Notes: generated from the sequence alone by a model not told the origin. Positions 24,862-36,897 are shown, numbered from the stretch's first letter. The stretch is DNA of 39,845 bases from Candidatus Krumholzibacteriia bacterium (GCA_036478295.1 JAZGDW010000195.1:1-39845); one strand, 5' to 3'. A program made the numbers and translations.

Positions 24862-26078
24862 TGGCTGACGTCGGCACGCAAAAACTCTATCTGCAGGATT
24901 CATATACCGTTTCTTTCGACGCTGTGCTCGTGATGTGCGAGCCGCTCTCTGGCGGAGGATTCCGGGCCGTCCTGGACAAGTCGTACTTCTATCCCGAATC
25001 CGGTGGCCAGCTGGCGGATCGCGGTTGCATTTCGAATGTGGACGTAACCGACGTCCACGAAGACCACGTCGGCCGGGTCCACCACCACGTCGAGCGAGAG
25101 ATCGAACCGGGCGCGGTGAGTTGTACCGTTGATTGGGAGAGACGTTTCGATCACATGCAACAGCACACGGGCCAGCACGTCCTTTCCCGGGCTTTCATTG
25201 AAATCGCCGGCATGGACACGGTCTCGTTCCACATGGGTGTCGCGTCGTGTACCATCGATGTCGAAGGAGGAGCCCTCGCCGACAACGTCGTGCGAGAGGC
25301 GGAAGAGCTGGCCAATTCCATCATCTGGGAAAACCGAGGGGTGAAGATCCGAACCGTTTCACCCGCCGAGGTGCAGGAACCGTTGTTGCGCAAATCGCTG
25401 CCCGAGGGCGTTAACGAGGTCAGGCTAGTCGAAGTCGACGGGTTCGACGTCATCGGCTGTTGCGGCACGCATGTGCGCAGTACCGGAGAGCTCGGCGTGC
25501 TCAAGATACTAAGGTACGAAAAAGCCAAGGGCGCGAACCGGGTTCACTTCAGAGTGGGCAGGCGGGCGCTGCACGATTATTCTTTGAAGCACGACATTGT
25601 AAAACTTCTTTCCAATCGCTTTACCACCTCGCCCGGTTCGCTGGTGGAGAAAGTCGAGAAGATTCACGCAGAGGGTCAGAGTCACCGAAAGGAAGCCCAG
25701 AAACTCGCCAGGAAACTCGTCACCTTCGAGGCGGGATCGCTGCTGGAAAAGGCCAAGGTACACAACGGGTGCAAGCTGGTCGCCGAAGTGCTGGGCGACG
25801 CGAGCGAGGAGCATCTAAGTCTCCTCTCCGCCGAGCTGAAGAAGAAAAAGGGTACGGTCAGTATCCTCGCCCTGGCGAAGGGCCTGGTGCTGTGCAACGC
25901 GGCGGGAGACGTCGACATCGATTTTACGGAGCCGGTGATCGAGCGGGTCAAGAGCATGGGGGGCAGCGGTGGAGGTAAGGGCCGATTTGCCAAGGTAATG
26001 CTGCCAAAGGAAGTGCCGGCCGCCGGGTTTGTCGAGGAGATACTCGGTGTGATCAAGCGCAAGGTAAAGCGAGTTTGA
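24861..26078 (+). CDS. Alanyl-tRNA editing protein (AlaX-L type) with DHHA1-like tail
   Basis: FYPESGGQLADRG, RRFDHMQQHTGQH, CCGTHV zinc motifs, GGSGGG tail. Confidence 0.9.
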   Translation: MADVGTQKLYLQDSYTVSFDAVLVMCEPLSGGGFRAVLDKSYFYPESGGQLADRGCISNVDVTDVHEDHVGRVHHHVEREIEPGAVSCTVDWERRFDHMQQHTGQHVLSRAFIEIAGMDTVSFHMGVASCTIDVEGGALADNVVREAEELANSIIWENRGVKIRTVSPAEVQEPLLRKSLPEGVNEVRLVEVDGFDVIGCCGTHVRSTGELGVLKILRYEKAKGANRVHFRVGRRALHDYSLKHDIVKLLSNRFTTSPGSLVEKVEKIHAEGQSHRKEAQKLARKLVTFEAGSLLEKAKVHNGCKLVAEVLGDASEEHLSLLSAELKKKKGTVSILALAKGLVLCNAAGDVDIDFTEPVIERVKSMGGSGGGKGRFAKVMLPKEVPAAGFVEEILGVIKRKVKRV

Positions 26079-26105
26079 CACCGTAAAAGACCGCGGAGAG
26101 CTACG

Positions 26106-27401
26106 ATGAAACTCCACTGGAAAATAGGAATCGGGATGGTCGCCGGCGTGGCGGTCGGTCTGCTGATCAACGAGTCGGTTGTGGTCGGGGGGGGCGTCGG
26201 GCGCGTGCTGGGAAATCTCGCGTTTGTCAGGCGCTTCTTTGCCGGTGTCATCGACCCCATGCTGGGGCCGGTCGGGTCGATTTTCATCAGCTTGTTGAAG
26301 ATGCTCATCGTTCCGCTGATTGTCGCATCGATGGTTGTCGGTGTGGCGAAAGTCGGGGATATCCGCAAGCTCGGTGGGTTGGGAGGCCGGACGTTTCTTT
26401 TCTATATTCTCACGACCTTTGCCTCGGTTTTTGTCGGCCTGGTCGCGGTGAACGTGATCAAGCCCGGAGCCGGGGCCCCGCTTCTCGTCGGTGAGGTGCC
26501 CGACGCGGCGAAGACCGTTGTCGGTTTCTGGGACGTGATTCTCAATATGGTGCCGGACAACCCAGTAAAGGCGATGGCCAACATGGACATCCTGCCGCTC
26601 ATCGTGTTTTCACTTTTTCTGGGCGCGGTGCTGACTACCATCGGCGACAAGGCCAAACCGATGATCAATTTCTTCGAGAGCCTCAACGCTGCCATGATGA
26701 AAATGGCGGATATCGTGATCAGGTTGACGCCCATCGGTGTTTTCGCCCTGCTGGCACGGGTGGTTGCCGAGACCGGCCCCGGGATTTTTGCCAACCTGGG
26801 CAAGTACATGCTGACGGTGATTGTGGGGCTCATGATACACGCGCTGATCACGCTGCCCCTGCTTCTCAGGTACATCGCGCGGGCCAACCCCAAGAAATAC
26901 GTCGGGAAAATGGCGCCGGCGTTGACCACGGCATTCTCCACCGCCTCGAGCAGCGCCACGCTCCCCTTGACGATTGATTGCGTTCAGGACAGGGCGGGTG
27001 TCTCGCGCCGCGTGTCGAGTTTTGTGCTGCCCATCGGGGCCACGATCAACATGGACGGCACGGCGCTGTACGAATCGGTCGCGGCGGTCTTTATCGCGCA
27101 GGCTTATGGTATCGACCTGTCGCTCACCCAGCAGGTGATTGTCTTCCTGACGGCGACGCTGGCCGCTGTGGGGGCCGCAGGTATACCGAGTGCCGGACTC
27201 GTAACGATGGCCATTGTTCTGAACGCTGTCGGGTTGCCGCTGGAGGGTATCGGCATAATTCTCGCCGTCGACCGCCTGCTGGACATGTGCCGCACAACGG
27301 TCAACGTCTGGGGTGACACCGTCGGGTGCGCGGTGGTCTCGCGGCTCGAAGGCGAAGAGCTCCCCATGGACCTCAGGAACATCAGCCCCACAACGGTGTA
27401 A
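26106..27401 (+). CDS. Dicarboxylate/amino acid:cation symporter (GltP/DctA family)
   Basis: AFSTASSSATLP, LPIGATINMDGTALY, AVDRLLDMCRTTVNVWGD. Confidence 0.95.
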   Translation: MKLHWKIGIGMVAGVAVGLLINESVVVGGGVGRVLGNLAFVRRFFAGVIDPMLGPVGSIFISLLKMLIVPLIVASMVVGVAKVGDIRKLGGLGGRTFLFYILTTFASVFVGLVAVNVIKPGAGAPLLVGEVPDAAKTVVGFWDVILNMVPDNPVKAMANMDILPLIVFSLFLGAVLTTIGDKAKPMINFFESLNAAMMKMADIVIRLTPIGVFALLARVVAETGPGIFANLGKYMLTVIVGLMIHALITLPLLLRYIARANPKKYVGKMAPALTTAFSTASSSATLPLTIDCVQDRAGVSRRVSSFVLPIGATINMDGTALYESVAAVFIAQAYGIDLSLTQQVIVFLTATLAAVGAAGIPSAGLVTMAIVLNAVGLPLEGIGIILAVDRLLDMCRTTVNVWGDTVGCAVVSRLEGEELPMDLRNISPTTV

Positions 27402-27448
27402 CATTTGGCGAGTGAAACTACGCTTTTGAGCAGCAGAGATAAGAGATC

Positions 27449-28750
27449 ATGGTCAAGCGACGTTTGACAGCGTACGGTACGGGTGTTGCGCTTCTCGCAG
27501 CGCTTCTCATACCGGCGTGTGGTAAAAAGCAAGTGCCTCGCGGCGTCAATCTGCTCGTGAATTCCTCGTTCGAGGATATGGCGGGTGGCATCCCCCGGGG
27601 CTGGCAGCTGGACAACTTTCGCGGCCTGAGCAACCAGAAGGCCGCACTGTACGGGGTGCACGACTCGCTAGCTTACGATGGCGGGCAGTCGTTTTATTTC
27701 GAGGCGGACCCCGATACGAGGCGGTTCTTCCGTCTGTCCCAGGAAGTCGACGTGGGAGACGCGAGGCGGGTGCGCGTCCGGGCGGCTAAGCGGACCCTCG
27801 ATGTGAAAGTGTATTCGGGACAGTACCCCCAGGCAGGAATCGCCCTCACCTTCTACGACGAGAATCGCGCGCGCTTCAGCTCCGAGCGGTTCGCCGACGT
27901 GCGCCTCGGACTGGATCTCGGCACGACGGACGGCTGGGCGCCACGGGACAAGATTTTCCCAGTGCCGGCAAACACCCGCTACGTCGTGGTGCACTGCGTT
28001 TTGGGTATGTCCGGACGAGTCTGGTTCGACAATGTCACGTTAGAGATTGTCGAAGGATTGCCCTGGAAAAGCAGGTCTGACGGCGTGTTCACCCACTACT
28101 GGTTGCCGGAGAAGGATTACCCTGAAGGCTCGATCGAGTATCAGCGTCAGCTCCACGACCAGTATGCTACGCGCCTCGGCATCCCGGAGGAGGCCAGGCG
28201 GGGGATATCGTACTATTTTTACCCCGACACAACGGCCCTGCGCAAGGCGCTCGGCGTAAAGGGCAGCATCAAGGTTTACTACGGCGCTCGCGAAATCCAT
28301 TCGATCGACCCGGTCGACGATCACGAAATCGTGCATTTGTTGACGGATGTGTACGGTCGCCTGCCGCACGTTCTGGGTGAGGGGACCGCGTACTACTTGC
28401 AGGGCGAGATTAATGGCAAGCCCGTTCAGCCGCAGGCGCAGGAGCTACTGCTGGCGAAAAAAATTCCGGTGCTGGAAGGAATGTTCGATCCCGGGAATCT
28501 GTCCAGGCTGGACGCGAACATGGCGATAATTGCCGGTGCCTCGTTCGTGGGATATCTGATCGAGTACGGCGGCACGGAGAGGTTCATCGAACTGCATCGT
28601 GAGTTGGGTACGGTGGCCACGAAAACGTTTGCACAGGGTTTCGAGACAGTCTACCAGGGGTCGTTCGCGGAAGCGGAAAGAGTTTGGCGACTGAAACTGG
28701 CGTCGGCGGACTTCAGCAAGTTTCAAGGGCAGCAGGAAGAAAAGCAATGA
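27449..28750 (+). CDS. Lipoprotein with CBM4/9-like beta-sandwich and HExxH peptidase-like domain
   Basis: Lipobox IPA|C; NLLVNSSFE...GRVWFDNVTL; HEIVH...LGEGTA. Confidence 0.7.
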   Translation: MVKRRLTAYGTGVALLAALLIPACGKKQVPRGVNLLVNSSFEDMAGGIPRGWQLDNFRGLSNQKAALYGVHDSLAYDGGQSFYFEADPDTRRFFRLSQEVDVGDARRVRVRAAKRTLDVKVYSGQYPQAGIALTFYDENRARFSSERFADVRLGLDLGTTDGWAPRDKIFPVPANTRYVVVHCVLGMSGRVWFDNVTLEIVEGLPWKSRSDGVFTHYWLPEKDYPEGSIEYQRQLHDQYATRLGIPEEARRGISYYFYPDTTALRKALGVKGSIKVYYGAREIHSIDPVDDHEIVHLLTDVYGRLPHVLGEGTAYYLQGEINGKPVQPQAQELLLAKKIPVLEGMFDPGNLSRLDANMAIIAGASFVGYLIEYGGTERFIELHRELGTVATKTFAQGFETVYQGSFAEAERVWRLKLASADFSKFQGQQEEKQ

Positions 28751-29271
28751 GTGCCGGATCCTTCGAGTTTTGCCCGCTGTGCGGAAACGGCCTGGAGAAA
28801 CGCCGCCCGGAGAACGAGGACAGGATTCGCAAAGTCTGCCACGCCTGCGGATACATTCATTATGAGAACCCCACCCCCGCAGCCGGCGTCGTCGTTATCG
28901 AGAACGACAGGGTGCTGCTGGTAAAGCGCAAGTTCGAGCCGCGCGCGGGCCTGTGGACGCTGCCCGCCGGGTTCGTCGAATCCGGCGAGGACGTGGATGC
29001 CTGCGCGGTGCGGGAGGCGAAGGAGGAAACGAACCTCGACGTCGAAGTAATCCGGCTCTTCAACGTCTACTCTGCGTTCGACGACCCCCGGGCGTCCGTG
29101 GTGCTGATACTCTACCTGTGCCGGTCCACGGGCGGCGAACTGAGGTGCGGCGACGACGCCAGCGATGCCCGCTATTTCGAACTGGAGCGGCTTCTCGACG
29201 GAATTGCGTTCCGGGCCCACCGGGCCGCCTTGCGCGACATAGCAACGCAGCACGCCGAGGGGCTTCTGTAA
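28747..29271 (+). CDS. Nudix hydrolase with N-terminal zinc ribbon
   Basis: FCPLCG...CHACG, Nudix box GFVESGEDVDACAVREAKEETNL; ATGA overlap. Confidence 0.92.
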   Translation: MSAGSFEFCPLCGNGLEKRRPENEDRIRKVCHACGYIHYENPTPAAGVVVIENDRVLLVKRKFEPRAGLWTLPAGFVESGEDVDACAVREAKEETNLDVEVIRLFNVYSAFDDPRASVVLILYLCRSTGGELRCGDDASDARYFELERLLDGIAFRAHRAALRDIATQHAEGLL

Positions 29272-29286
29272 CCGGCGGTGGCCACG

Positions 29287-31275
29287 TTAGTCCATTATCT
29301 TCACCTGGAACTTGTCTCCCTGGTGGATCTTGTCGACGACGTCCATACCTTTGGTCACGCGGCCGAAGATCGTGTAGCGCCCGTCGAGTTGAGGTTGCGG
29401 TGAGTGAGTAATGAAGAACTGGGTTCCACCGGTGTCCTTTCCCGAGTGCGCGATTCCGACCGCTCCCCGACCGTAGTGAAAGTGGTTGAATTCCGAACGG
29501 ATGTAGTAACCATCGTCTCCCCATCCGTCACCCCGCGGACATCCACCCTGGACAACGAAGTTGGGTACCACCCTGTGGAAGGTTTTGCCATCGTAAGAAC
29601 CCTTCCTCGCCAGCTTGATGAAGTTGGCCACCGTCTGCGTCGCGTCGTCACCGAACAATTCTATTTCAATAGTTCCGTACTTGCAGCGGATGATGGCGCG
29701 CTTCTCTCCCATGGGAAGGGAGAGGGCGACTTTCCTCGAGATATCGAGATCCCTTTCATAAAAATGCCGGTCACCAGGGATCTCGGGAATCTCGACTTCG
29801 ATACGTTCCAGCAGCTTCTTGCCGGCCGTGCGGATGCGCTTGTCCCCGTCGTCAAGTGCGCCCCGCGCGAGGCTCTCGGCCTCGGCGACCTTCATTGCGG
29901 TCAGTACACTGAGAATCTTCAACCGCACATCCTTGTCCTCACGGTCGTTGCGCATTTCGTAACGAGCGATCAACGATGGGATCGCCTTCTTGTCTCCGAT
30001 CTCGCCGAGGGCGGTCACGCTCTCGGTGGCGACAACCCAGTCCGAGTCGTTGAGTTTCTGCAAGAGGACGGCCGAAACATCGTCGTACTTGAAATGACCC
30101 AACGCTCTCACCGCGGCGGCGCGGACAAGCTTGTCCGGATCGTCGCTTGCCGTGGTGAGCAGAAAGTCGAGCTGCTTGTTGTCACCGGCGAGACCGTAGG
30201 CTTTCATCGTCGCCAGCCGGACGATGGGTTCGCTGTCATTGAGCCCGCTCGACAAGAACACGACGGACTGTTTGCCGAGAACCTTCGCCAGTGACTTGAA
30301 GGATTCCGCACGAATCACCCGGTCGCTGTCGAGAATCGACTGCGCGAGGTAATCCTTGGCGCCCTTGTCACCGACAGCCCCCATTGTCATTACCGCCGCG
30401 TGCCTGACGTGGTGCGATGGATGCTTCTCCATGAGTCGGCCGAGGGGCTCGACGACCTTCTTCTCCTGTTTGTTCTCGAGAATGGAAGCGAGTGCGTTCA
30501 TCGTGTTGATCAGCACTCTCTCATTTGTGTCACCAAGTAGCTCGATGAGCTTTTCGACGGCGTCGTCGGCTTTTTGCTTGCCCAGCGTCCGAGCGGCGTA
30601 CGCCCGAATGACCGGAGCGTCATGTTCGAGAAGCGAGAGAATCCGGTTCGTCACCCTTTTCGACGGGACCTTCTCCAGTGCGTAGATCGCGCGCCACACT
30701 ACCTTGTCGTCCCCATCATTGGTCGCCAGCAGCAGAGCGTCGGTCACCCGCTCGTCGCCGGCGTGGCCCAGTCCCATGACGGCCGCCGCGCGCACCTTGC
30801 CCTGAAACGCGTGGGCCATTTCGGTCAGCGCGTCGATCGCCTGCTCGCCCCCGATCTTGCCCAGCGCTTCGGCGATGACCACGCGCAAGTCGGGGTGTGC
30901 GCCCCGGGCGAACTCGGCGAGCTTGGGCGCGGACGCTTGCGAGCCAATCTGTCCCAGCGCGAAGACGGTCTCACGCACTACGCGCATGTCCGGGTCATTG
31001 AGCAGCGGATGCAGATGCGGCGCATCCTGGGGGTCCTGGATGCGGCCGATAACCTCGACGCATCGCAGGCGCACCAGCGGGCTGTCCGATGTGAGGTACT
31101 TGAAGAGGCGGCCGTCGTTCGTTACCCGGCCGTCCTCGAGCAGGGCCAGGTTGAGCAGCGTGGCGCGACCGCTGGACGTGGCCAGCAGGGCCTGGTAGCG
31201 ACTCTTGCCGAGGGCGGCGGAGGCGATCGCGAGGATTGCCAGCGTGCATACCACAAACTCGAAACGTTTCGTCAT
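29287..31275 (-). CDS. Exported HEAT-repeat protein with C-terminal cyclophilin-type PPIase
   Basis: Signal peptide; many VR..A..ALG repeats; [39 protein letters not shown]. Confidence 0.92.
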   Translation of the reverse strand: MTKRFEFVVCTLAILAIASAALGKSRYQALLATSSGRATLLNLALLEDGRVTNDGRLFKYLTSDSPLVRLRCVEVIGRIQDPQDAPHLHPLLNDPDMRVVRETVFALGQIGSQASAPKLAEFARGAHPDLRVVIAEALGKIGGEQAIDALTEMAHAFQGKVRAAAVMGLGHAGDERVTDALLLATNDGDDKVVWRAIYALEKVPSKRVTNRILSLLEHDAPVIRAYAARTLGKQKADDAVEKLIELLGDTNERVLINTMNALASILENKQEKKVVEPLGRLMEKHPSHHVRHAAVMTMGAVGDKGAKDYLAQSILDSDRVIRAESFKSLAKVLGKQSVVFLSSGLNDSEPIVRLATMKAYGLAGDNKQLDFLLTTASDDPDKLVRAAAVRALGHFKYDDVSAVLLQKLNDSDWVVATESVTALGEIGDKKAIPSLIARYEMRNDREDKDVRLKILSVLTAMKVAEAESLARGALDDGDKRIRTAGKKLLERIEVEIPEIPGDRHFYERDLDISRKVALSLPMGEKRAIIRCKYGTIEIELFGDDATQTVANFIKLARKGSYDGKTFHRVVPNFVVQGGCPRGDGWGDDGYYIRSEFNHFHYGRGAVGIAHSGKDTGGTQFFITHSPQPQLDGRYTIFGRVTKGMDVVDKIHQGDKFQVKIMD

Positions 31276-31514
31276 CGTTGTATAAGTCCTTGTCAAATAG
31301 TTAGTTCTTCCTCAAGTCCGGCCGGCGGACCGAGACACGCCTGCACTATTTCATGCGAATCTCGCCTCTGTCAACAGCTTGTTGGCCTGTGTCGGCCCCG
31401 GCGGCGAGCGCGATCCGGGTATACGGCCTGCGGGGGACGCACCGGGAGCAAAACCGACTCTGTTACAGTGGGTTATGCACTCGCCTGCACCGACACCCAA
31501 GCGTGAGGCGTTTG

Positions 31515-31544
31515 TTGACAGCCTTTTTGCCCCTGTGTTACGGT
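31515..31544 (+). promoter_or_regulatory. sigma70-type promoter for the asd operon
   Basis: TTGACA-18 nt-TACGGT with TG extension; TATAAT also at 31561-31566. Confidence 0.45.
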
Positions 31545-31607
31545 GCCGAACAGAAGCGTCTATAATCTCTATTACTTAGCCTGCGACAACGAGTTCCGGA
31601 GAAAATC

Positions 31608-32615
31608 ATGTCGGCACCCGGACGACGACCCGTAGCCGTGATCGGCGCGACCGGTATGGTCGGACAGGCCATGACACAAGTCCTGGAGGAGCGGGGTTTT
31701 CCCGTCGCCGAGTACGTGCCGGTGGCCACCGAAGGCTCGAGCGGGCGCAAGATCGACGCGTTCGGCCGCTCGTGGGTAATCCGCGGCACGGCCGGCCTGG
31801 ATTTCGGCGGCATCGGCTACTGTTTCTTCACCGCGGGCGCGGCCGTGAGCCGCGAGCTGATTCCGTCGGCGGTCGCGAAGGGCTGCCGGGTCGTTGACAA
31901 CACAACGGCGTTTCGCATGGATGCCGGCGTTCCGCTGGTAGTTCCCGAAATCAACGGCAGGCGTGTCACGCCGGACACTCCGCTCGTGTCGTGTCCGAAC
32001 TGCACGACCATCAACCTGGTGATGACACTGGCGCCCATCGCGCAGCTCGCGTCGCTGAAGCGTGTGGTTGTGACGGCCTTTCAATCCGTGTCCGGAGCGG
32101 GAAGAAAAGCGCTGGACGAGCTCGATCATCAGATCGAGGCGGACTGCAAGAACCAGGCTCCGCGGACGCAAACATTCGATAAACCCATCGCCTTCAACTG
32201 TATCCCCCAGATCGGAGAAATCACTCCGTCGGGTTACTCCGCCGAAGAAGAAAAAATCATAGAAGAGACCCGGAAGATACTCGAGATGCCATCGCTCGAC
32301 GTCGTTCCGACGTCGGTGCGGGTTCCGATCCGGGTCGGACACGCGCTGTCGGTCAACGTCGAACTCGCAGGTGCGGTGGAACTCGACGACCTCAAGGCAC
32401 TGTGGAACAGGTCCGACGGGCTAACGTATTCTGACGAGCCGCCGACACCCCTCGAGGTGGCGGGTGGGGACACGGTGGTGGTCGGCCGCCTGAGAAGAGA
32501 CGGGACGCGCCCCCATGCGTTCAGTTACTGGGCGGTCGGCGATAATCTGAGAAAAGGTGCTGCCACGAATTCGGTTCAGATCGCGGAGCTGCTCCTCGCA
32601 TGCGAATCGGTATGA
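31608..32615 (+). CDS. asd: Aspartate-semialdehyde dehydrogenase
   Basis: GATGMVG, VDNTTAFRM, VPEIN, PNCTT, QSVSGAG, AFNCIP, DNLRKGAATN. Confidence 0.95.
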   Translation: MSAPGRRPVAVIGATGMVGQAMTQVLEERGFPVAEYVPVATEGSSGRKIDAFGRSWVIRGTAGLDFGGIGYCFFTAGAAVSRELIPSAVAKGCRVVDNTTAFRMDAGVPLVVPEINGRRVTPDTPLVSCPNCTTINLVMTLAPIAQLASLKRVVVTAFQSVSGAGRKALDELDHQIEADCKNQAPRTQTFDKPIAFNCIPQIGEITPSGYSAEEEKIIEETRKILEMPSLDVVPTSVRVPIRVGHALSVNVELAGAVELDDLKALWNRSDGLTYSDEPPTPLEVAGGDTVVVGRLRRDGTRPHAFSYWAVGDNLRKGAATNSVQIAELLLACESV

Positions 32616-33379
32616 CTTTAGACCCCGAACTGGTGGGAAAGCGGTCGCCGTATGCGGCTGCGGATCCTCGTTTCCTTATCGTGCTCTTCATATTGATCGT
32701 CGTCTTCAGCTTCATCGTGCGCAGCACGGAGGGTCTCCTGCTCATACTCTCGTATCTGCTGGTGATTCACCGGCTGGCGCGGTTGTCTCTGAGGCGGTTG
32801 GCCCGTCGCACGCGGGACATGATGGTCCTCCTGGCCCTGGTCGTCGCCGTAAACGCGGTCCTGGTGAAGGGGAGTCCGTTGCCGCCGCCACTTTCCTTTC
32901 TGTCGCGTGAAGGATTGGCGGCGGGTATTTTTTATGGACTGCGGGCGCTGACGGTGTATTACGCCCTGATCGTTTTTCTATCTATTGCCTCACAAGAGGC
33001 CATTGCGAAGGGCATTGCCGCACTGCTGCTGCCGTTCTCGGAACCGCTCGCCCGACGGGCCGCCTTGTATGGTTTTTTGACGATAGGGTTTCTACCCGTG
33101 TTCGCCGACGAAATCGAGCGCATTCGTGTCGCCCAGCGGTTTCGCGGAGGCGGGCTGCACGGGGGGTTCGCCCGCAGGACGGCGGCGGTACGGTTGCTCT
33201 TTGTACCGCTCGTAGTTTCCGCGATCCATCGCTCCGGACACCTGGCCACGGCGGTCGAGGTCCGCGGGATCCGGTCGTCGATTACGCGCTTGCTGAATAC
33301 CCCGAGACCGGGTCACCGGGACTTGGTTTTCGCCGCTGTGACACTGGCGCTGCTCGTGGGGGCGAGTTCAATCGGCTGA
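32612..33379 (+). CDS. ecfT: ECF transporter transmembrane component T (CbiQ/EcfT family)
   Basis: DPR start motif, 5-6 TMs, FLPVFADEIERIRVAQRFRG and LATAVEVRG Arg motifs; ATGA overlap with asd. Confidence 0.82.
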   Translation: MTLDPELVGKRSPYAAADPRFLIVLFILIVVFSFIVRSTEGLLLILSYLLVIHRLARLSLRRLARRTRDMMVLLALVVAVNAVLVKGSPLPPPLSFLSREGLAAGIFYGLRALTVYYALIVFLSIASQEAIAKGIAALLLPFSEPLARRAALYGFLTIGFLPVFADEIERIRVAQRFRGGGLHGGFARRTAAVRLLFVPLVVSAIHRSGHLATAVEVRGIRSSITRLLNTPRPGHRDLVFAAVTLALLVGASSIG

Positions 33380-33400
33380 GCCGCGGCCGGGTATGGTGCC

Positions 33401-34135
33401 ATGCAAAATTTTAGAATGTTGGTGGAATACGACGGTACCGATTTTCACGGGTGGCAGCGGCAGCCTGGGCTGCGCACCGTGCAGGGAACAATGGAGGAAG
33501 CGCTCGCCGGTACTGTCGGTAAGAGCGTCCAGATAAACGGCGCCGGACGCACCGACACCGGGGTCCACGCGCTCGGCCAGGCCTGCAACGTGGTACTCGA
33601 AACGGATCTCACACCGGCGCAGCTCAAAGGCGCGATCGGCGGCAGGCTGCCCGGGGACATCCAGGTGTACCGCGTCGAAGAAGTGGACATGAAATTTCAC
33701 GCCCGTTTCAGCGCGAAGAGCAGGCGGTACTCCTATTACTTGCGCACCGAGCCTACGGCGATCTGGCGCCGGTTCGCCCACGTCGTGACCGCCCCGCTGA
33801 ATGTCGATGACATGGCAGCGGCGGCGGCACACCTTTTGGGTGAGCGAGACTTCACGAGTTTGACGCCGACGCGCTCGGCAGGGTCCCCGACCGTCTGCAA
33901 CGTGCTGGAGGCAGCCGTCGAACGGCACGACGAGGTCGTCTCGATCACTGTGGAAGCGGACCATTTCCTCCACCACATGGTACGGGTGATTGCGGGCACC
34001 TTGATCGAGGTCGGTCGCGGCAGGTATCCGGCGGAACATCTCGAGGAGATCTTGTGTAAAAAGGACAGGGCGGCGGCGGGCCCCACGATTCCTCCAAACG
34101 GGCTGTTTCTCACCGGGGTTCGCTACGACGACTAG
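33401..34135 (+). CDS. truA: tRNA pseudouridine(38-40) synthase
   Basis: EYDGTDFHGWQRQ, GAGRTDTGVHA, FHARFSA, FLHHMVR. Confidence 0.96.
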   Translation: MQNFRMLVEYDGTDFHGWQRQPGLRTVQGTMEEALAGTVGKSVQINGAGRTDTGVHALGQACNVVLETDLTPAQLKGAIGGRLPGDIQVYRVEEVDMKFHARFSAKSRRYSYYLRTEPTAIWRRFAHVVTAPLNVDDMAAAAAHLLGERDFTSLTPTRSAGSPTVCNVLEAAVERHDEVVSITVEADHFLHHMVRVIAGTLIEVGRGRYPAEHLEEILCKKDRAAAGPTIPPNGLFLTGVRYDD

Positions 34136-34142
34136 ATTCGAC

Positions 34143-34171
34143 TTGGCTCGCGGTGGGTGATTACCTATTAT
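34143..34171 (+). promoter_or_regulatory. sigma70-type promoter for htrA
   Basis: TTGGCT-17 nt-TATTAT. Confidence 0.5.
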
Positions 34172-34282
34172 TAAAGTTCCCCGGTGCCGCGTCGAACAAG
34201 CGGCACTCGCATCCCTGAAAAGGGCCGCCACCGCGTACCGGAATGGGCCACCCCGGCGCCACACGAATTACGGAGAAGACCC

Positions 34283-35500
34283 ATGAACGTCATTGAAACA
34301 CGCCGCCGATTCGGGCCGCTGCCCTACGTGTTCGGGGCGGTGCTGGGCGTTTCGCTCGGGCTCATCATTATCTCCGGTGTGCTGTTCTTCAGGAGTTCCC
34401 GGAGTACCGAAGGCGCCGAAGCGCTGCCGTCGCAGGCCCGGCTCCAACCGGTGGCGACCCAGTCGATCGGAGAGAGCCGGCGGAATGCCATCGTCATCGC
34501 GACGGAACGGGTTACCCCCGCCGTAGTCAGTGTCACCTCCCGGTACCGGCAGGTGGTGCGCGCGAACCCGTTCAGGTCACGGAGACTCGACTGGTTTTCG
34601 CTCTTCTTCGGCCCTGGCGAAACCTACGAGCGCCAGGTGTCCTCGCTGGGTTCTGGCGTCGTCATCAGCCCGGACGGGTTCATCCTGACGAACGACCATG
34701 TCGTCCGTAACGCCGAGGAGATCCTGGTCACACTATCGGATGGCACGACAGTGCAAGCCAAAGCGGTCGAACACGCCCCCGACTACGACATCGCCCTGAT
34801 CAAGATAGACAGTGAGAACCTGGCGTTCGCCGAACTCGGGGACTCTGATGACCTCTTCGTCGGTGAGTGGGCCATCGCCATCGGGCAGCCGTTCGGGCAA
34901 CTGCTGAACGATACTCAGTCGACGGTTACCGTCGGCGTCATCAGCGCCCTGCATCGCGACGTCAAGCAGAGCTCGAATAGCGATCAGGTTTTCAAAGACA
35001 TGATCCAGACGGATGCGGCGATCAACCCCGGCAACAGTGGAGGCCCCCTCATCAATTCCCGCGGCGAAGTCATCGGAATCAACACGTTTATCTTCAGCGC
35101 CGGCAACGGTGGCAACCTGGGGATGGGCTTCGCCATCCCGATCAACCGCGGCAAGTGGGTCCTGGAAGAGTTCAAGAACTACGGCCGTGTGCGCGCCATC
35201 TGGGTCGGGCTCGTCGTGCGCGACATTACGCCGGAGTTGGCCGCGGGTCTCGACCTGAAGGTGAGCCGGGGGCTGCTCGTACGCGAAATCGAGGAAGGGG
35301 CCCCCGCCGACAAGGCGGGGTTGAAGGCCGGTGATCTCATCGTGGCGGTGAACGGCCAAAAGGTGAGAACCCGGAAGGAGGCCAACCACATCATTTTTGG
35401 ATCGAAGATTGGGGACGAATTGGTTTTCGATATCAACCGGCGCGGCAAGAACAAGGTTGTCAAGTTGAAGCTGGCGGAGAGACCCGACGACAGGATATGA
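34283..35500 (+). CDS. HtrA/DegS-like serine protease, N-terminal TM anchor, one PDZ domain
   Basis: LGSGVVI, TNDHVV, DIAL, IQTDAAINPGNSGGPL; ATG 34283 after GGAG. Confidence 0.93.
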   Translation: MNVIETRRRFGPLPYVFGAVLGVSLGLIIISGVLFFRSSRSTEGAEALPSQARLQPVATQSIGESRRNAIVIATERVTPAVVSVTSRYRQVVRANPFRSRRLDWFSLFFGPGETYERQVSSLGSGVVISPDGFILTNDHVVRNAEEILVTLSDGTTVQAKAVEHAPDYDIALIKIDSENLAFAELGDSDDLFVGEWAIAIGQPFGQLLNDTQSTVTVGVISALHRDVKQSSNSDQVFKDMIQTDAAINPGNSGGPLINSRGEVIGINTFIFSAGNGGNLGMGFAIPINRGKWVLEEFKNYGRVRAIWVGLVVRDITPELAAGLDLKVSRGLLVREIEEGAPADKAGLKAGDLIVAVNGQKVRTRKEANHIIFGSKIGDELVFDINRRGKNKVVKLKLAERPDDRI

Positions 35501-35531
35501 CCGAGATCTTCGCCGCGGAAACGGAGAACAG

Positions 35532-36821
<1,290 letters not shown>

Positions 36822-36897
36822 CTCGATCGGCGCTCGACCATGGACCTTCACACGTCGCGGCATTGCCAGCGGCGTATGTGTTTTATTGCTGATAATT

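Noticed and set aside
31420..31460. c-di-GMP-I riboswitch (GGGACGCA...GCAAAACC)
   Set aside because: Motif order is wrong and the GGCAAA/GNRA P2 and P3 helices are missing
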